Assembly: GCA_050916065.1 (NCBI GenBank)
Contig: CP051137.1
Span: forward strand, 1,846,561 to 1,910,560
DNA: 64,000 nucleotides
Reading direction: 5' to 3'
From: Lacibacter sp.
GTDB taxonomy: Bacteria; Bacteroidota; Bacteroidia; Chitinophagales; Chitinophagaceae
The number at the start of each line of letters is the position of its first letter. Positions within the stretch are counted from its first letter, which is position 1. Shown here in pieces: positions 36,749 to 49,050 of this stretch. The notes below the pieces were generated by a model, which made no database searches, was not told the DNA's origin, and worked only from the letters and a program-made list of their open reading frames with translations. The translations under genes were made by a program, and so were the position numbers.

Positions 36749-39700
36749 TTATTCTTCGTCGTCAAAACTCATCGCTTCTTTGGTGGTTAACAGCAATTCA
36801 TACTCTTCCTTACTGCCTACGATCATGTTTTCAAACTCACGCAAACCTGTACCTGCAGGGATGGCGTGACCGGTGATTACATTCTCTTTCAATCCAAGTA
36901 AGTAATCCGTTTTACCTTCTATGGCTGCAGTGCTCAACACCTTCGTTGTTTCCTGGAAGGATGCTGCAGAAATCCAGCTTTGTACACCCAATGAAGCTTT
37001 GGTAATACCCAGCAACACAGGTTGTGCAGTAGCAGGATGTGCATCACGCACTTCAATCAGCTTCTTATCGGCACGGCGCAGCACACTGTTTTCTTCACGC
37101 AATTCACGGAGAGTGATGATTTGACCGGGACGGAACTTACTGTCGCCCGGCTCTGTTACCACTTTCTTATCAAAGATGCGGTCGTTCTCATCGATAAATT
37201 CGAAACGATCCACTAAATCTTCTTCTAAGAATTTGGTATCACCCGCATCAATGATTTCTACTTTCTTCATCATCTGGCGAACGATCACCTCAATATGTTT
37301 ATCATTGATTTTTACACCCTGTAAACGATAAACTTCCTGAATTTCATTTACCACGTATTCCTGTACTGCAAAAGGACCTTTGATGGTAAGGATATCACCG
37401 GGAGCAGTTTGTCCATCACTCAAAGCACTACCTGCTTTTACAAAGTCACCTTCCTGTGCCAGGATCTGGCGTGTAAGAGGCACTAAGTATTTCTTAGTTA
37501 CTTCATCCTTACTGGTTACAATTATCTCCCTGTTACCACGCTTAATGGCACCAAATGCAACCACACCATCAATTTCAGAAACAATAGCAGGGTTACCAGG
37601 GTTGCGTGCTTCAAACAATTCCGTAACACGTGGAAGACCACCCGTGATATCTTTCAGTTTACCTAACACACGTGGAATTTTCACCAACACCTGGCCGGCT
37701 ACTACTTCATCACCTTCTTCCATTACAATGTGTGAACCAACGGGAAGATTGTAAGATTTTACATCTTTGCTTCCTTCTACAATCAACGCAGGAATCTTGG
37801 TCTTATCTTTTGTTTCAATTACCACTTTCTCTCTGTGACCGGTTTGCTCATCTGCTTCTTCACGGAACGTGATGCCATCAATGATGTTTTCAAACTTGAT
37901 CTTACCGGCAATTTCAGCAACTACTACGTTGTTAAACGGATCCCAAGTACATAACACATCACCTTTCTTAATCTGCTGACCTTCTTTCACCGTTAAGGTT
38001 GCACCATAAGGAATGTTATTGGTGATGAGGATTCGATCGTTTTTCAGATCCATAATCCTTGCTTCACCGGTACGACCGATTACGATCTGTACTTTATCGC
38101 CCTCGTTATTTGTTGTAGTTACTGTACGTAAACCATCAAACTGCACTGTACCGTCAAACTTAGCAGGCAATGCACTTTCTACTGATGCAGAACCCGCAAC
38201 ACCACCCACGTGGAAGGTACGGAGTGTCAACTGTGTACCTGGCTCACCAATGGATTGTGCAGCAATAATACCTACAGCATCACCTTTTTGTGCAATGGCA
38301 CCTGTAGCCAGGTTTTTACCATAACACTTCACACACACACCACGCTTACTTTCGCAAGTCAATACAGAACGGATCTCAACTGTCTCGATGCCTGCATCTT
38401 CAATTTTGCGAGCAAGAGCAGGGGTAATTTCTTCACCTGCTCCTACAATCAAAACATCGGTTTGAGGATCATAAACATCGTGTAATGAAGTACGTCCTTC
38501 AATACGATCGCTCAATGGTTCAATAATATCTTCGTTATCTTTAAGTGCGCTGGTAGCAATACCACGCAGTGTACCACAATCTTCATCATTAATCACCACG
38601 TCTTGTGCAACGTCAACGAGACGACGGGTTAAGTAACCCGCATCCGCAGTTTTCAAGGCTGTATCCGCAAGACCTTTACGGGCACCGTGTGTAGAAATGA
38701 AGTAATCCAATACGCTCAATCCATCTTTAAAGTTGGAAAGAACCGGGTTTTCAATGATCTCACTTCCGGTGGAACCACTCTTACGTGGCTTCGCCATCAA
38801 TCCACGAATACCCGCCAGCTGTTTTACCTGCTGCTTACTACCACGGGCGCCACTATCCAGCATCATAAACACGGAGTTGAATCCTTGCTTATCAGTTGCC
38901 ATTTCACGGATCAATGTTTCTGTTACACGTGTATCCACACGGCTCCAGATATCAATGATCTGGTTATAACGTTCGTTGTTGGTAATAAGACCCATGTTGT
39001 AGTTATCCCATACTTCACTTACTTCACCTTGTGCGTTATCAACTAACTCAGCTTTGATTTCAGGAATGATCAGGTCATTAATGTTGAACGACAATCCACC
39101 CTGGTAAGCCATACGGAAACCAAGCTGTTTGATGTCATCCAAAAACTTAGCAGTCTTTGGTACGTTGGTAATTTCAATAATATCACCAATGATTTCACGA
39201 AGGTTCTTTTTCGTCAATACGGCATTTACAAAACCTACTTCTTTTGGCACATGCTGGTTGAAAATAACACGACCTACTGTTGTTTCAATCAACTTGTTTA
39301 CTAGTGTTTCGTTTTCACGAACATTGGCTTTCACTTTGATTGGCGCATGCAGATCTACACGACCTTCATTGTAGGCAATAATCACTTCTTCAGGTGAGTA
39401 AAATGCTTTGCCTTCACCCTTCACTGTTTCAGTAGCTGTAGATTTCTTTGCTTTTGAGATGTAGTACAGACCCAACACCATGTCCTGTGAAGGAAGGGTG
39501 ATTGGTGTACCGTTCTGCGGGTTCAGAATGTTGTGTGATGCCAGCATCAACAACTGTGCTTCCAATACAGCAGCATTGCTTAACGGTACGTGTACCGCCA
39601 TCTGGTCACCGTCAAAGTCGGCGTTGAACGCTGATGTAACTAACGGATGCAATTGAATGGCTTTACCTTCAATCAACTTCGGTTGGAACGCCTGGATAGA

Positions 39701-41032
39701 CAAACGGTGCAGTGTTGGGGCACGGTTAAGCATCACAGGATGACCTTTCAAAATATTTTCAAGAATATCCCAAACAACAGCTTCTTTCTTATCAACAAGC
39801 TTCCTTGCAGATTTCACTGTCTTTACGATACCTCTTTCAATTAATTTACGAATGATGAATGGCTTAAATAATTCAGCAGCCATATCTTTTGGTAAACCAC
39901 ACTCATGCAACTTCAATTCAGGACCTACTACGATTACAGAACGACCGGAGTAGTCCACACGCTTACCAAGAAGGTTCTGACGGAAACGACCCTGCTTCCC
40001 TTTCAATACATCACTCAATGATTTTAAGGCACGCCCACCCTCGGCTTTCACAGCGTTTGATTTTCTTGAGTTATCAAACAAACTGTCAATCGCTTCCTGC
40101 AACATGCGTTTCTCGTTACGAAGGATTACTTCCGGAGCTTTAATCTCCAGCAAACGCTTCAAACGATTATTACGAATGATCACACGACGATATAAGTCAT
40201 TCAGATCAGAAGATGCAAAACGACCACCATCCAGAGGAACTAATGGACGGAGTTCTGGTGGAATAACAGGAATGTACTGCATCACCATCCACTCGGGGCG
40301 GTTGGTAATATTCAGGTTCGCTTCACGAAATGCTTCTACCACACTCAAACGCTTTAAAGCATCTGCTTTACGTTGTTGTGATGTTTCATTGGCAGCTGCA
40401 TTACGCAATGTGTAACTCAAATCATCCAGGTCAATACGAGCCAGCAAATCATGCACTGCTTCAGCACCCATTTTCGCAATGAACTTATTAGGGTCTTCAT
40501 CAGGCAGGTATTGATTATCTTTAGGAAGCGTATCCAGCAAATCCAGGTACTCTTCTTCAGTTAACAAATCACCTTTATTCAAATTCTCTTTTACACCACC
40601 TTGAATTACTACATAGCGTTCGTAGTAAACAATTGTCTCTAATTTTTTAGAACTCATTCCCAACAAATAACCAATCTTGTTAGGTAATGATTTAAAGTAC
40701 CAGATATGAACTACAGGTACCACTAATTTAATGTGGCCCATGCGCTCACGACGTACTTTCTTTTCTGTTACTTCCACACCGCAACGATCACACACAATAC
40801 CCTTGTAACGAATACGCTTATACTTACCGCAGGCACATTCGTAATCTTTTACAGGACCAAAAATGCGTTCGCAAAACAAACCATCACGTTCAGGTTTGTA
40901 AGTACGGTAGTTAATTGTTTCAGGTTTCAATACCTCACCAAAACTGCGCTCCAGGATGGTGTCGGGACTGGCAAGACCAATTGTAATTTTTGAGAATACA
41001 GGTCTTTGACGATTGTCTTTTTTGAAAGCCAT
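36749..41032 (-). CDS. rpoC: RNA polymerase beta' subunit
   Basis: [36 protein letters not shown]. Confidence 0.99.
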   Translation of the reverse strand: MAFKKDNRQRPVFSKITIGLASPDTILERSFGEVLKPETINYRTYKPERDGLFCERIFGPVKDYECACGKYKRIRYKGIVCDRCGVEVTEKKVRRERMGHIKLVVPVVHIWYFKSLPNKIGYLLGMSSKKLETIVYYERYVVIQGGVKENLNKGDLLTEEEYLDLLDTLPKDNQYLPDEDPNKFIAKMGAEAVHDLLARIDLDDLSYTLRNAAANETSQQRKADALKRLSVVEAFREANLNITNRPEWMVMQYIPVIPPELRPLVPLDGGRFASSDLNDLYRRVIIRNNRLKRLLEIKAPEVILRNEKRMLQEAIDSLFDNSRKSNAVKAEGGRALKSLSDVLKGKQGRFRQNLLGKRVDYSGRSVIVVGPELKLHECGLPKDMAAELFKPFIIRKLIERGIVKTVKSARKLVDKKEAVVWDILENILKGHPVMLNRAPTLHRLSIQAFQPKLIEGKAIQLHPLVTSAFNADFDGDQMAVHVPLSNAAVLEAQLLMLASHNILNPQNGTPITLPSQDMVLGLYYISKAKKSTATETVKGEGKAFYSPEEVIIAYNEGRVDLHAPIKVKANVRENETLVNKLIETTVGRVIFNQHVPKEVGFVNAVLTKKNLREIIGDIIEITNVPKTAKFLDDIKQLGFRMAYQGGLSFNINDLIIPEIKAELVDNAQGEVSEVWDNYNMGLITNNERYNQIIDIWSRVDTRVTETLIREMATDKQGFNSVFMMLDSGARGSKQQVKQLAGIRGLMAKPRKSGSTGSEIIENPVLSNFKDGLSVLDYFISTHGARKGLADTALKTADAGYLTRRLVDVAQDVVINDEDCGTLRGIATSALKDNEDIIEPLSDRIEGRTSLHDVYDPQTDVLIVGAGEEITPALARKIEDAGIETVEIRSVLTCESKRGVCVKCYGKNLATGAIAQKGDAVGIIAAQSIGEPGTQLTLRTFHVGGVAGSASVESALPAKFDGTVQFDGLRTVTTTNNEGDKVQIVIGRTGEARIMDLKNDRILITNNIPYGATLTVKEGQQIKKGDVLCTWDPFNNVVVAEIAGKIKFENIIDGITFREEADEQTGHREKVVIETKDKTKIPALIVEGSKDVKSYNLPVGSHIVMEEGDEVVAGQVLVKIPRVLGKLKDITGGLPRVTELFEARNPGNPAIVSEIDGVVAFGAIKRGNREIIVTSKDEVTKKYLVPLTRQILAQEGDFVKAGSALSDGQTAPGDILTIKGPFAVQEYVVNEIQEVYRLQGVKINDKHIEVIVRQMMKKVEIIDAGDTKFLEEDLVDRFEFIDENDRIFDKKVVTEPGDSKFRPGQIITLRELREENSVLRRADKKLIEVRDAHPATAQPVLLGITKASLGVQSWISAASFQETTKVLSTAAIEGKTDYLLGLKENVITGHAIPAGTGLREFENMIVGSKEEYELLLTTKEAMSFDDEE

Positions 41033-41060
41033 ATTGCGTTTACTGTTTGTAGTTATTTGT

Positions 41061-41132
41061 TTTTGTTACCAGCGACATCAACTCGATCATCTTCCGTTGC
41101 GTCGCACCCTTGTACTTCCTTAACTCTATTCA
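41061..41132 (-). repeat. Dispersed intergenic element, copy B
   Basis: 41086-41132 is 42/47 identical, ungapped, to 52083-52129. Confidence 0.9.
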
Positions 41133-41169
41133 ACTGATTGCTTGATAGAATTGGATACGTTTGAATGTT

Positions 41170-44100
41170 TTATTCTTCAAACTTCAGATCCAATCCCAAT
41201 CCTCTTAATTCATGCACCAATACGTTGAATGATTCAGGAACACCAGGTCTTGGAATATTATCACCCTTAACGATGGCTTCATAAGTCTTTGCACGACCGA
41301 TGATGTCATCAGATTTAATAGTGAGTAATTCCTGTAAGATGTTAGAAGCACCATAAGCTTCCAATGCCCACACCTCCATCTCACCAAAACGCTGACCACC
41401 AAACTGAGCTTTACCACCCAGCGGTTGTTGTGTAATAAGAGAGTAGGGTCCAATAGAACGGGCGTGCATCTTATCATCCACCATGTGGTGCAGTTTGATC
41501 ATGTAAATGATACCCACTGTTGCTTTCTGGTGGAAGCGCTCACCTGTTTCACCATCATAGAGGTAGGTATGGCCAAAGCTTGGTAAACCTGCTTTTTCAA
41601 TATTGCCTGCAATTTCCTCAACAGTAGCACCATCGAAGATGGGTGTTGCAAAACGTACATTGAGTTTTTCACCAGCCCAGCCAAGAACAGTTTCATAAAT
41701 CTGTCCGAGGTTCATACGGCTTGGTACGCCCAATGGGTTCAATACAATATCAACAGGAGTACCATCTTCAAGGAACGGCATATCTTCCTGGCGAACGATC
41801 TTGGCTACAATACCCTTGTTACCGTGACGACCCGCCATTTTATCACCCACTTTCAGCTTACGCTTCACAGCCAAGTAAACTTTAGCAAGCTTCAATACAC
41901 CAGCTGGCAATTCATCACCAATAGAGATGTTGAATTTCTCACGCTTGTAACGACCGAGTTCTTCATTGTACTTGATGTTATAGTTGTGGAGCAACTGGTT
42001 GATGAGTTCATCAGTATGTGCATCACCGGTCCATCCGAGAGGATTTACGTTCTGGTAATCGATACCGGCCAGGTTCTTAGGATTGAACTTCGCACCCTTA
42101 CCAATCAACACTTCACCAAAGTTGTTACTTACACCGGCACTTGCTTTATCTTTCAACAGACCGGTAAGTTTGCCAAGCAGCAACTCCATCAGGTCGTTGA
42201 TATTCTTCTCATGAATCTTCTCTACTTTTTCTAACAATGCCTTTTCACGGATCTTACTATTCTTATCTTTCTTCGCACGCTGGAACAGTTTCTTATCAAT
42301 CACCACACCTTCTGTTCCGCTTGGTGCTTTTAATGAAGCATCTTTTGCATCACCGGCTTTATCACCAAAGATGGCACGCAATAACTTCTCTTCAGGAGTT
42401 GGATCACTTTCACCTTTAGGAGTGATTTTACCAATGAGGATATCACCTTCTTTAATAGCAGCACCAATACGAATGATACCGTTTTGATCGAGGTCTTTGG
42501 TAGCTTCTTCACTTACGTTAGGAATATCAGGAGTCAATTCTTCTTCACCTAACTTGGTATCACGTACTTCCAGTTCATATTCTTCAACGTGTACAGAAGT
42601 AAACAAGTCTTCACGTACAATCTTTTCATTGATAACGATGGCATCTTCAAAGTTGTAACCCTTCCATGGCATGAACGCCACTTTCAGGTTACGACCTAAT
42701 GCCAACTCGCCATCTTTTGTAGCATAACCTTCAGTTAAGAAGTCGCCTTCTTTTACTGCCTGTCCTTTAGCTACACATGGTTTTAAGTTGATACAGGTGC
42801 TCTGGTTGGTTTTGATGAACTTAGTGAGTTTGTACACTTTCAGGTCCTCTTCAAAACTTACCATCTTCTGCTCATCATTGCGGTTATAGCGCACATGAAT
42901 TTCATTGGCATCTACATACTCAACCACACCGTTACCTTCTGATGTTAATTGAATACGGCTGTCACGTGCGGCCATGGCTTCCAATCCTGTACCTACAATA
43001 GGTACCTGTGGACGTACTAACGGTACCGCCTGGCGTTGCATGTTTGAACCCATCAGGGCACGGTTGGCATCATCATGCTCGAGAAACGGAATCAACGAAG
43101 CACTCAAACCTACAATCTGGTTGGGTGCAACGTCCATATATTCTACTTCTGCTTTATCCAGGATCGGGAAGTCACCGCTTTCACGTGAACGAACTTTCTC
43201 TTCTGATAAATGACCTTTCTCATCAACTTCCACATTCACCTGTGCAATCTTTGCAGTATCTTCTTCTTCCGCACTTAAGTACGTAAGTTTCTTGAAATCA
43301 ACTTTACCATCATCTACTTTACGGTAAGGTGTTTCAATAAAGCCCATATCATTTACTTTGGCATGTACGCACAAAGTAGAAATCAAACCAATGTTCGGAC
43401 CTTCAGGTGTTTCAATCGTACAAAGACGACCATAGTGGCTGTAGTGTACGTCACGCACCTCAAAGCCGGCACGTTCACGACTCAAACCACCGGGACCAAG
43501 CGCTGAAATACGACGCTTGTGCGTGATTTCAGAAAGAGGATTTGTTTGGTCTAAGAACTGTGATAACTGTGATGTACCAAAGAAAGAGTTGATTACTGAA
43601 GAAAGTGTTCTTGCATTAATCAAATCCACCGGAGTAAACACCTCGTTGTCACGTACGTTCATACGCTCACGAATGGTACGTGCCATACGTGCCAGACCCA
43701 CACCAAACTGAGCATACAACTGCTCGCCTACTGTACGTACACGACGGTTGCTCAAGTGATCAATATCATCAATCTCAGCTTTAGCATTCGTTAATTTAAC
43801 GAGGTACTTAATAATAGAGATGATGTCATCTTTTGTTAATACTTTCTTCTCTTTAGGGAAGTTTAAGTTGAGCTTGCGGTTGATTTTATAACGGCCTACT
43901 TCACCCAGGTCATAACGCTTATCACTAAAGAATAATTTATCAATAATACCACGGGCCGTTTCATTATCAGGAGCATCAGCACCACGTAATTGACGATAGA
44001 TGTGCTGTACCGCTTCTAACTCACTGTTAGAGGTATCTTTATTTAATGTGTTGTAGATGATGGCAAAATCACCACTCACCTCTTCTTTTTGAATGAACAC

Positions 44101-44982
44101 GCTCTTCACTTCCATTTCGCTGATCATTTCAATGGCTTCAGCATCCAAGATAGAATCACGCTCCAATACCACTTCATTACGCTCAATGCTCACTACTTCG
44201 CCGGTATCTTCATCCACAAAATCCTCTACCCAGCTACGCAATACACGAGCCGCCAAACGCTTGCCCTCGTGTTTTGCCAATGCTTTCTTTTCAGCAGGCA
44301 CTTCATCAGCCATACCAAACAGTTCAAGAATGTCTTTATCTGTTTCAAAGCCGATAGAACGCAATAATGTTGTTACAGGGAATTTTTTCTTACGGTCAAT
44401 GTAAGCATACATCACATTGTTGATGTCTGTAGCAAATTCCATCCACGCACCTTTGAACGGAATTACTCTTGCGGAGTAAATCTTAGTTCCATTCGGGTGA
44501 ATGCTTTGACCAAAGAATACGCCGGGTGAACGATGAAGTTGAGATACCACTACACGCTCAGCACCGTTGATCACGAATGTACCACGGGGCGTCATGTAAG
44601 GAATGTTACCTAAGAAAACATCCTGTACAATGGTTTGGAAATCCACATGCTCCTCATCATTACAGCTCAAACGCAGTTTGGCCTTGAGGGGAACAGCGTA
44701 AGTTAAGCCACGCTCCATACACTCATCAATAGTGTAACGGGGTGGGTCAATAAAGTAATCGAGGAACTCCAGAACAAAGATGTTACGGGTATCAGTGATC
44801 GGGAAGTTTTCCTTAAACACTTTAAAGAGACCCTCATTGTTACGCTTGTCTGGTGTAGTTTCTAACTGGAAAAAGTCTTTGAAGGATTGAATCTGAATTC
44901 CCAGGAGGTCAGGAATTTCTGCCAGATTCTTCACTTTTCCGAAATTGATTCTTTTGTTTGCTGCAACTCTTGATGAAGACAT
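41170..44982 (-). CDS. rpoB: RNA polymerase beta subunit
   Basis: [39 protein letters not shown]. Confidence 0.99.
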   Translation of the reverse strand: MSSSRVAANKRINFGKVKNLAEIPDLLGIQIQSFKDFFQLETTPDKRNNEGLFKVFKENFPITDTRNIFVLEFLDYFIDPPRYTIDECMERGLTYAVPLKAKLRLSCNDEEHVDFQTIVQDVFLGNIPYMTPRGTFVINGAERVVVSQLHRSPGVFFGQSIHPNGTKIYSARVIPFKGAWMEFATDINNVMYAYIDRKKKFPVTTLLRSIGFETDKDILELFGMADEVPAEKKALAKHEGKRLAARVLRSWVEDFVDEDTGEVVSIERNEVVLERDSILDAEAIEMISEMEVKSVFIQKEEVSGDFAIIYNTLNKDTSNSELEAVQHIYRQLRGADAPDNETARGIIDKLFFSDKRYDLGEVGRYKINRKLNLNFPKEKKVLTKDDIISIIKYLVKLTNAKAEIDDIDHLSNRRVRTVGEQLYAQFGVGLARMARTIRERMNVRDNEVFTPVDLINARTLSSVINSFFGTSQLSQFLDQTNPLSEITHKRRISALGPGGLSRERAGFEVRDVHYSHYGRLCTIETPEGPNIGLISTLCVHAKVNDMGFIETPYRKVDDGKVDFKKLTYLSAEEEDTAKIAQVNVEVDEKGHLSEEKVRSRESGDFPILDKAEVEYMDVAPNQIVGLSASLIPFLEHDDANRALMGSNMQRQAVPLVRPQVPIVGTGLEAMAARDSRIQLTSEGNGVVEYVDANEIHVRYNRNDEQKMVSFEEDLKVYKLTKFIKTNQSTCINLKPCVAKGQAVKEGDFLTEGYATKDGELALGRNLKVAFMPWKGYNFEDAIVINEKIVREDLFTSVHVEEYELEVRDTKLGEEELTPDIPNVSEEATKDLDQNGIIRIGAAIKEGDILIGKITPKGESDPTPEEKLLRAIFGDKAGDAKDASLKAPSGTEGVVIDKKLFQRAKKDKNSKIREKALLEKVEKIHEKNINDLMELLLGKLTGLLKDKASAGVSNNFGEVLIGKGAKFNPKNLAGIDYQNVNPLGWTGDAHTDELINQLLHNYNIKYNEELGRYKREKFNISIGDELPAGVLKLAKVYLAVKRKLKVGDKMAGRHGNKGIVAKIVRQEDMPFLEDGTPVDIVLNPLGVPSRMNLGQIYETVLGWAGEKLNVRFATPIFDGATVEEIAGNIEKAGLPSFGHTYLYDGETGERFHQKATVGIIYMIKLHHMVDDKMHARSIGPYSLITQQPLGGKAQFGGQRFGEMEVWALEAYGASNILQELLTIKSDDIIGRAKTYEAIVKGDNIPRPGVPESFNVLVHELRGLGLDLKFEE

Positions 44983-45116
44983 ACGTTTCTAACCGGTTTT
45001 TATGTTTGTGCACACGAATAGCTCCTGTCTTTTTGCAAAGACGAGATAAATTGATTTTCAGTTATTTATGACTGTAAATGGGCGCCAACTTGCTATTCAG
45101 CCTTAATTAAGGGAGG

Positions 45117-45124
45117 CAAAGTTA
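45117..45124 (-). promoter_or_regulatory. -7 promoter box for rpoBC
   Basis: TAACTTTG on the minus strand, downstream of the rplL terminator. Confidence 0.65.
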
Positions 45125-45182
45125 GGGAGATTGTGGTTTGGAACAAAATTTGCGAGGCGGGTTTTTTAAACACTGAGCGGTC

Positions 45183-45213
45183 AAAAAAACAAATCCCGCC
45201 GTTTGGCGGGATT
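45183..45213 (-). terminator. rplL terminator
   Basis: AATCCCGCC-GTTT-GGCGGGATT with A-rich flank. Confidence 0.8.
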
Positions 45214-45237
45214 GTTCTACTTCTATGCAAAGTTCAA

Positions 45238-45612
45238 TTAAGCGATCTCAACATCTGCACCTGCTTCTTTCAGCTTAGCTGCAATTTCATCAGCTTCGGC
45301 TTTAGAAACACCTTCTTTAATTGGCTTAGGTGCTCCGTCTACTAAGTCTTTCGCTTCTTTCAATCCAAGACCAGTTAAGTCTTTAACGATCTTAACTACG
45401 TTGAGCTTAGAAGCACCACCGCTCTTCAAAATTACATTGAAAGCAGTTTTTTCTTCAGCAGCAGCAGCACCACCACCGTCACCTGCAGCTACAACTACTG
45501 CAGCAGCAGCCGGTTCAATACCGTACTCTGATTTTAATACTTCAGCTAATTCCTGAACTTCTTTTACTGTTAAGCCTACTAATGATTCGGCTAATGCTTT
45601 TACGTCTGCCAT
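45238..45612 (-). CDS. rplL: 50S ribosomal protein L7/L12
   Basis: [27 protein letters not shown]. Confidence 0.98.
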   Translation of the reverse strand: MADVKALAESLVGLTVKEVQELAEVLKSEYGIEPAAAAVVVAAGDGGGAAAAEEKTAFNVILKSGGASKLNVVKIVKDLTGLGLKEAKDLVDGAPKPIKEGVSKAEADEIAAKLKEAGADVEIA

Positions 45613-45699
45613 TGTTTTACTTTTTAACCGCCTTCATTCTCTTCAGGAGTCCGGCGGATGGTTATAAATGATACCACATTTGAACCTCAGTGGTGTTGG

Positions 45700-45734
45700 T
45701 TGTTATTTCGTACTTCTTAGTTCGTACCTCGTAC
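45700..45734. repeat. 7-bp tandem array abutting the rplJ stop
   Basis: TTGTTAT TTCGTAC TTCTTAG TTCGTAC CTCGTAC. Confidence 0.7.
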
Positions 45735-46250
45735 TTACTCAGCAACTGCTGCTTCTCCCTTTGTTTCAGCGTTATGCAGCAATGCAGCAATAACACGTTT
45801 TGCCGGAGATTGTAACAATCCGATAACTTCTCCGATGAGTTCGTTCTTTGTTTTGATCTGTGTGAGCGCCTTCAACTGGTTGTCGCCGCTGTACACATCA
45901 CCGTTAATGAAAGCTGCTTTGAGCACAGGCTTATCACCATTGCTTTCTTTACGGAACGTAGAAAGAATCATTGCCGGTTCTTTCGGATTTTCAGAGAACA
46001 TCAATGCAGTTACGTTATTGAGTGCTTCATAAACACCGGTGTAACGCTCTGCATCAATCTGCTCCAATGCTTTTTTTATAAGGGTGTTCTTAGCAACTTT
46101 CATTTCAACATTCTTGTTGAAACAGGCACGGCGCAGTTTACCCACTTGTTCTACTGTTAAAGATTCAGTATCTGTAATGTAGAAGTTATTGTATTGACTG
46201 AATTTGCCTTTCAGCAGTTCAATCACTTCGTTCTTTTGATCTTTTGTCAT
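45735..46250 (-). CDS. rplJ: 50S ribosomal protein L10
   Basis: LTVEQVGKLRR, KVAKNTLIKKAL; position between rplA and rplL. Confidence 0.97.
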   Translation of the reverse strand: MTKDQKNEVIELLKGKFSQYNNFYITDTESLTVEQVGKLRRACFNKNVEMKVAKNTLIKKALEQIDAERYTGVYEALNNVTALMFSENPKEPAMILSTFRKESNGDKPVLKAAFINGDVYSGDNQLKALTQIKTKNELIGEVIGLLQSPAKRVIAALLHNAETKGEAAVAE

Positions 46251-46278
46251 GACTTTGTGTTTTTAAACCCTGAAAGGA

Positions 46279-46971
46279 TTAGTTCATGAATGATTTTGTG
46301 TCAATGGAAATACCGGGGCTCATGGTGCTGGCCATGTAAATGCTCTTGAGGTAGGTTCCTTTAGCAGTAGAAGGCTTCGCCTTTACAATGGCATTGAGGA
46401 ACTCCTGTACGTTGGCAGCAATTTTCTCAGGAGAGAAACTTACACGGCCTACAGAAGCATGTACAATACCAGCCTTATCAACCTTGAAGGCAATTTTACC
46501 GCCCTTTACTTCATTTACAGCAGCAGCAACATCATTGGTTACTGTACCTGTTTTAGGGTTGGGCATCAGGTTACGGGGACCGAGTACTTTACCCAGTTTA
46601 CCAATCTTAGGCATTACAGCAGGAGTTGCTACGATTACATCAATATCAACCCAGCCACCTTCAATTTTAGTAATAAATTCATCCAACCCTACATGATCAG
46701 CGCCGGCAGCTTTTGCTTCGGCTTCTTTATCAGGAGTACAGAGAACCAATACTCTTTTTGTTTTACCTGTACCATGAGGTAATGTTACAGTACCACGAAT
46801 AGCCTGGTCAGCTTTTTTGGGATCAACGCCTAAACGAACGTGTACATCCACAGAGCTGTCAAACTTAGTACAGTTAATTTCTTTTACGAGTGCAGAAGCA
46901 TCTTTAAGGGAATAAGCTTTGTTACCATCCACCTTAGTTTGAGCCACTTTTCTTTTTTTAGTCAGAGACAT
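46279..46971 (-). CDS. rplA: 50S ribosomal protein L1
   Basis: [32 protein letters not shown]. Confidence 0.98.
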   Translation of the reverse strand: MSLTKKRKVAQTKVDGNKAYSLKDASALVKEINCTKFDSSVDVHVRLGVDPKKADQAIRGTVTLPHGTGKTKRVLVLCTPDKEAEAKAAGADHVGLDEFITKIEGGWVDIDVIVATPAVMPKIGKLGKVLGPRNLMPNPKTGTVTNDVAAAVNEVKGGKIAFKVDKAGIVHASVGRVSFSPEKIAANVQEFLNAIVKAKPSTAKGTYLKSIYMASTMSPGISIDTKSFMN

Positions 46972-46998
46972 GTTTCAATTTTTTTAAGGTGAATAATA

Positions 46999-47442
46999 TT
47001 AATTTTCCCAGGGAGCTTTTCCGTCAACTGTTAAGCCCATGCTGCGTGCAGTACCTGCTACCATGCTCATTGCACTATGCAGTGTAAAGCAGTTCAGGTC
47101 AGGCATTTTGTCCTGAGCAATGGCCTCTATCTGAGCCCATGTTACTTTACCCACTTTTTGACGGTTTGATTCTTTAGAACCCTTCTGAATTTTTGCAGCT
47201 TCCATTAACTGAACTGCTGCAGGAGGAGTTTTAATGATAAAGTCGAACGACTTATCAGTATAAACGGTGATAAGAACCGGTAATACTTTACCCATCTTAT
47301 CCTGAGTTCTTGCATTGAACTGCTTGCAGAACTCCATGATGTTCACACCCTTTGAACCGAGTGCGGGACCTACAGGAGGTGCAGGATTGGCTTGACCGCC
47401 TTTTACCTGCAGCTTCACAAATCCTGAGATTTCTTTAGCCAT
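46999..47442 (-). CDS. rplK: 50S ribosomal protein L11
   Basis: [28 protein letters not shown]. Confidence 0.98.
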   Translation of the reverse strand: MAKEISGFVKLQVKGGQANPAPPVGPALGSKGVNIMEFCKQFNARTQDKMGKVLPVLITVYTDKSFDFIIKTPPAAVQLMEAAKIQKGSKESNRQKVGKVTWAQIEAIAQDKMPDLNCFTLHSAMSMVAGTARSMGLTVDGKAPWEN

Positions 47443-47456
47443 TGTAAAATGTTTTT

Positions 47457-47490
47457 TGGTGATAACGTACCGCCTTCGGCGATACTCCCA
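47457..47490 (-). promoter_or_regulatory. Probable L1-binding autoregulatory leader of rplK-rplA
   Basis: Minus strand TGGGAG-TATCGCC-GAA-GGCGGTA-CGTTATCACCA resembles the GGGAG..stem..CGTTATYACC L1 target. Confidence 0.7.
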
Positions 47491-47523
47491 ATCAATAAAT
47501 TCTTAAAGAACTTTTTGGGACGG

Positions 47524-47554
47524 CAAAGGTAAGGGGCAAACGCTTACCGGCAAA
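47524..47554 (-). promoter_or_regulatory. rplK promoter (-33/-7)
   Basis: TTTG (47551-47554), 19-nt spacer, TACCTTTG (47524-47531). Confidence 0.7.
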
Positions 47555-47617
47555 GGGTTTGAGGAATTATTTTTGGGGTATTTTACCCATTTAACCAAGG
47601 GCTTCCCGCCTTATTTC

Positions 47618-48283
47618 TTACAATTTTGTAAGCCGAATTTCCGCAATCGCTTTCAGTTGGGTATTGCCATTCGCTAAAACCATTGCTTCATTAACGGTTA
47701 ATAAATGTATCGGCTGTTGAGGATTGGTAGGCAGGTTATTATATCCAAAAACATAACCATCTTCCGTTCCGGCATCATAAACAAAGAGTTGCACTGTGGT
47801 ATCGGTCATCCATTTCTTATTGGCGAAAAGATTTAATCCGCTGAGACCGATAAACCAATCCGGGCTGGGTGCAATCATAGAGGCAAAACTTATCATTGAG
47901 TAATTGGAATTGCAATAGATGGTTGACTTTTTTATTCCCGTAGCTGATGGCGGCGTAAACAAAATGAGCGATAAAGCGTTTTTGGCTCTGATGACGGAAT
48001 CAATTTCCAGGAGAATTGCGGTTGTACTTCCTGTTTCAGCAACGTTTTCTACTCCTTTTGAAGCCAGCTTACCCGGCTTCCACAATTCACCATCAGCATT
48101 ATGAACCATTCCTGCAAAATTGGTGAAGTGTACACCTGCAGGCACCGTAAAATCCGGGGAAGCCCATAAGCCCTTAACCTCAACAGCATAGGTAGCTTCT
48201 GAGTAATCAGATTCTTTAATGATTTCCGTTTTTTTACAGGAGAAAAGCAATAGCAACAAAGGCATTAATAAAGGGAGTTTCAT
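47618..48283 (-). CDS. Spondin_N-domain lipoprotein
   Basis: Lipobox LLFSC; VAETG, ASMIAPSPDWFIG, YDAGTEDG. Confidence 0.85.
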   Translation of the reverse strand: MKLPLLMPLLLLLFSCKKTEIIKESDYSEATYAVEVKGLWASPDFTVPAGVHFTNFAGMVHNADGELWKPGKLASKGVENVAETGSTTAILLEIDSVIRAKNALSLILFTPPSATGIKKSTIYCNSNYSMISFASMIAPSPDWFIGLSGLNLFANKKWMTDTTVQLFVYDAGTEDGYVFGYNNLPTNPQQPIHLLTVNEAMVLANGNTQLKAIAEIRLTKL

Positions 48284-48456
48284 CAGAGGTAAATTTTACT
48301 CCAAATTTTATAATTATTCTTTTTGCATTCTGTCGTGAAGATTACATTTCTGATGGCAATAATTTTTTAAAAAACTACCACACAAAAAACAATCCCTTCA
48401 TTATTTCATTTAACTTCAATCTCCCAACAACTCAACAACTAAAAACTCATTTTATC

Positions 48457-48891
48457 ATGGCAAAGTCAAAAAAGAAACCTGCTAAGAAAGCGGTGAAAAA
48501 AGCAGTGAAGAAAGCTGTTAAGAAAAAGGCAGCAAAGAAAAAAAGCGCTCCAAAAAAAGTGGCGAAAAAAGCAAAGAAGGCTCCTAAAAAACCCGTGAAG
48601 AAAGCAGCTAAGAAAGCAATTAAAAAACCGGTAAAGAAAGCAGCTGCAAAAAAGAAAGCTGCTCCTAAGAAAAAGGTGGTAAAGAAAGCAGCACCTAAAA
48701 AAGTAGCTAAAAAACCTGTAGTTAAAAAAGCGAAACCGGCAGTTAAGAAGAAAAGTGCTCCCAAGCCCAAACCTGCAGTTGCCGCAGCACCTGCACCGGA
48801 ACCAACTCCTGTTGTACAAACAGAACTTGCTTTACCTGAAGTTGATGCAACAACAGACGCACCTATTGCAGATGCAACTCCGCAAGAATAA
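48457..48891 (+). CDS. Histone H1-like Lys/Ala-rich protein with acidic tail
   Basis: KKAV/KKAA/KKPV/APKK repeats with varied synonymous codons; A-rich leader; downstream terminator. Confidence 0.8.
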   Translation: MAKSKKKPAKKAVKKAVKKAVKKKAAKKKSAPKKVAKKAKKAPKKPVKKAAKKAIKKPVKKAAAKKKAAPKKKVVKKAAPKKVAKKPVVKKAKPAVKKKSAPKPKPAVAAAPAPEPTPVVQTELALPEVDATTDAPIADATPQE

Positions 48892-48909
48892 TTAATTCAT
48901 TCAGCATAA

Positions 48910-48941
48910 TAAACCCCGGCTATCAGTCGGGGTTTTCATTT
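48910..48941 (+). terminator. Hairpin terminator; left copy of 27-bp inverted repeat
   Basis: TAAACCCCGGCTATCAGTCGGGGTTTT. Confidence 0.85.
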
Positions 48942-49050
48942 TTTATTACACAAAAGGTTGACTATATTCTCCTCTATTATTTTCATCTTGTGTATTAAAA
49001 CAAACAATACTTTCGCCGATGTAAAAATTGTTGGCAGCAAAACAAAAACA

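Noticed and set aside
48447..48819. Phe/Leu-rich minus-strand ORFs that look like membrane proteins
   Set aside because: Reverse-complement artefacts of the Lys-rich H1-like gene.
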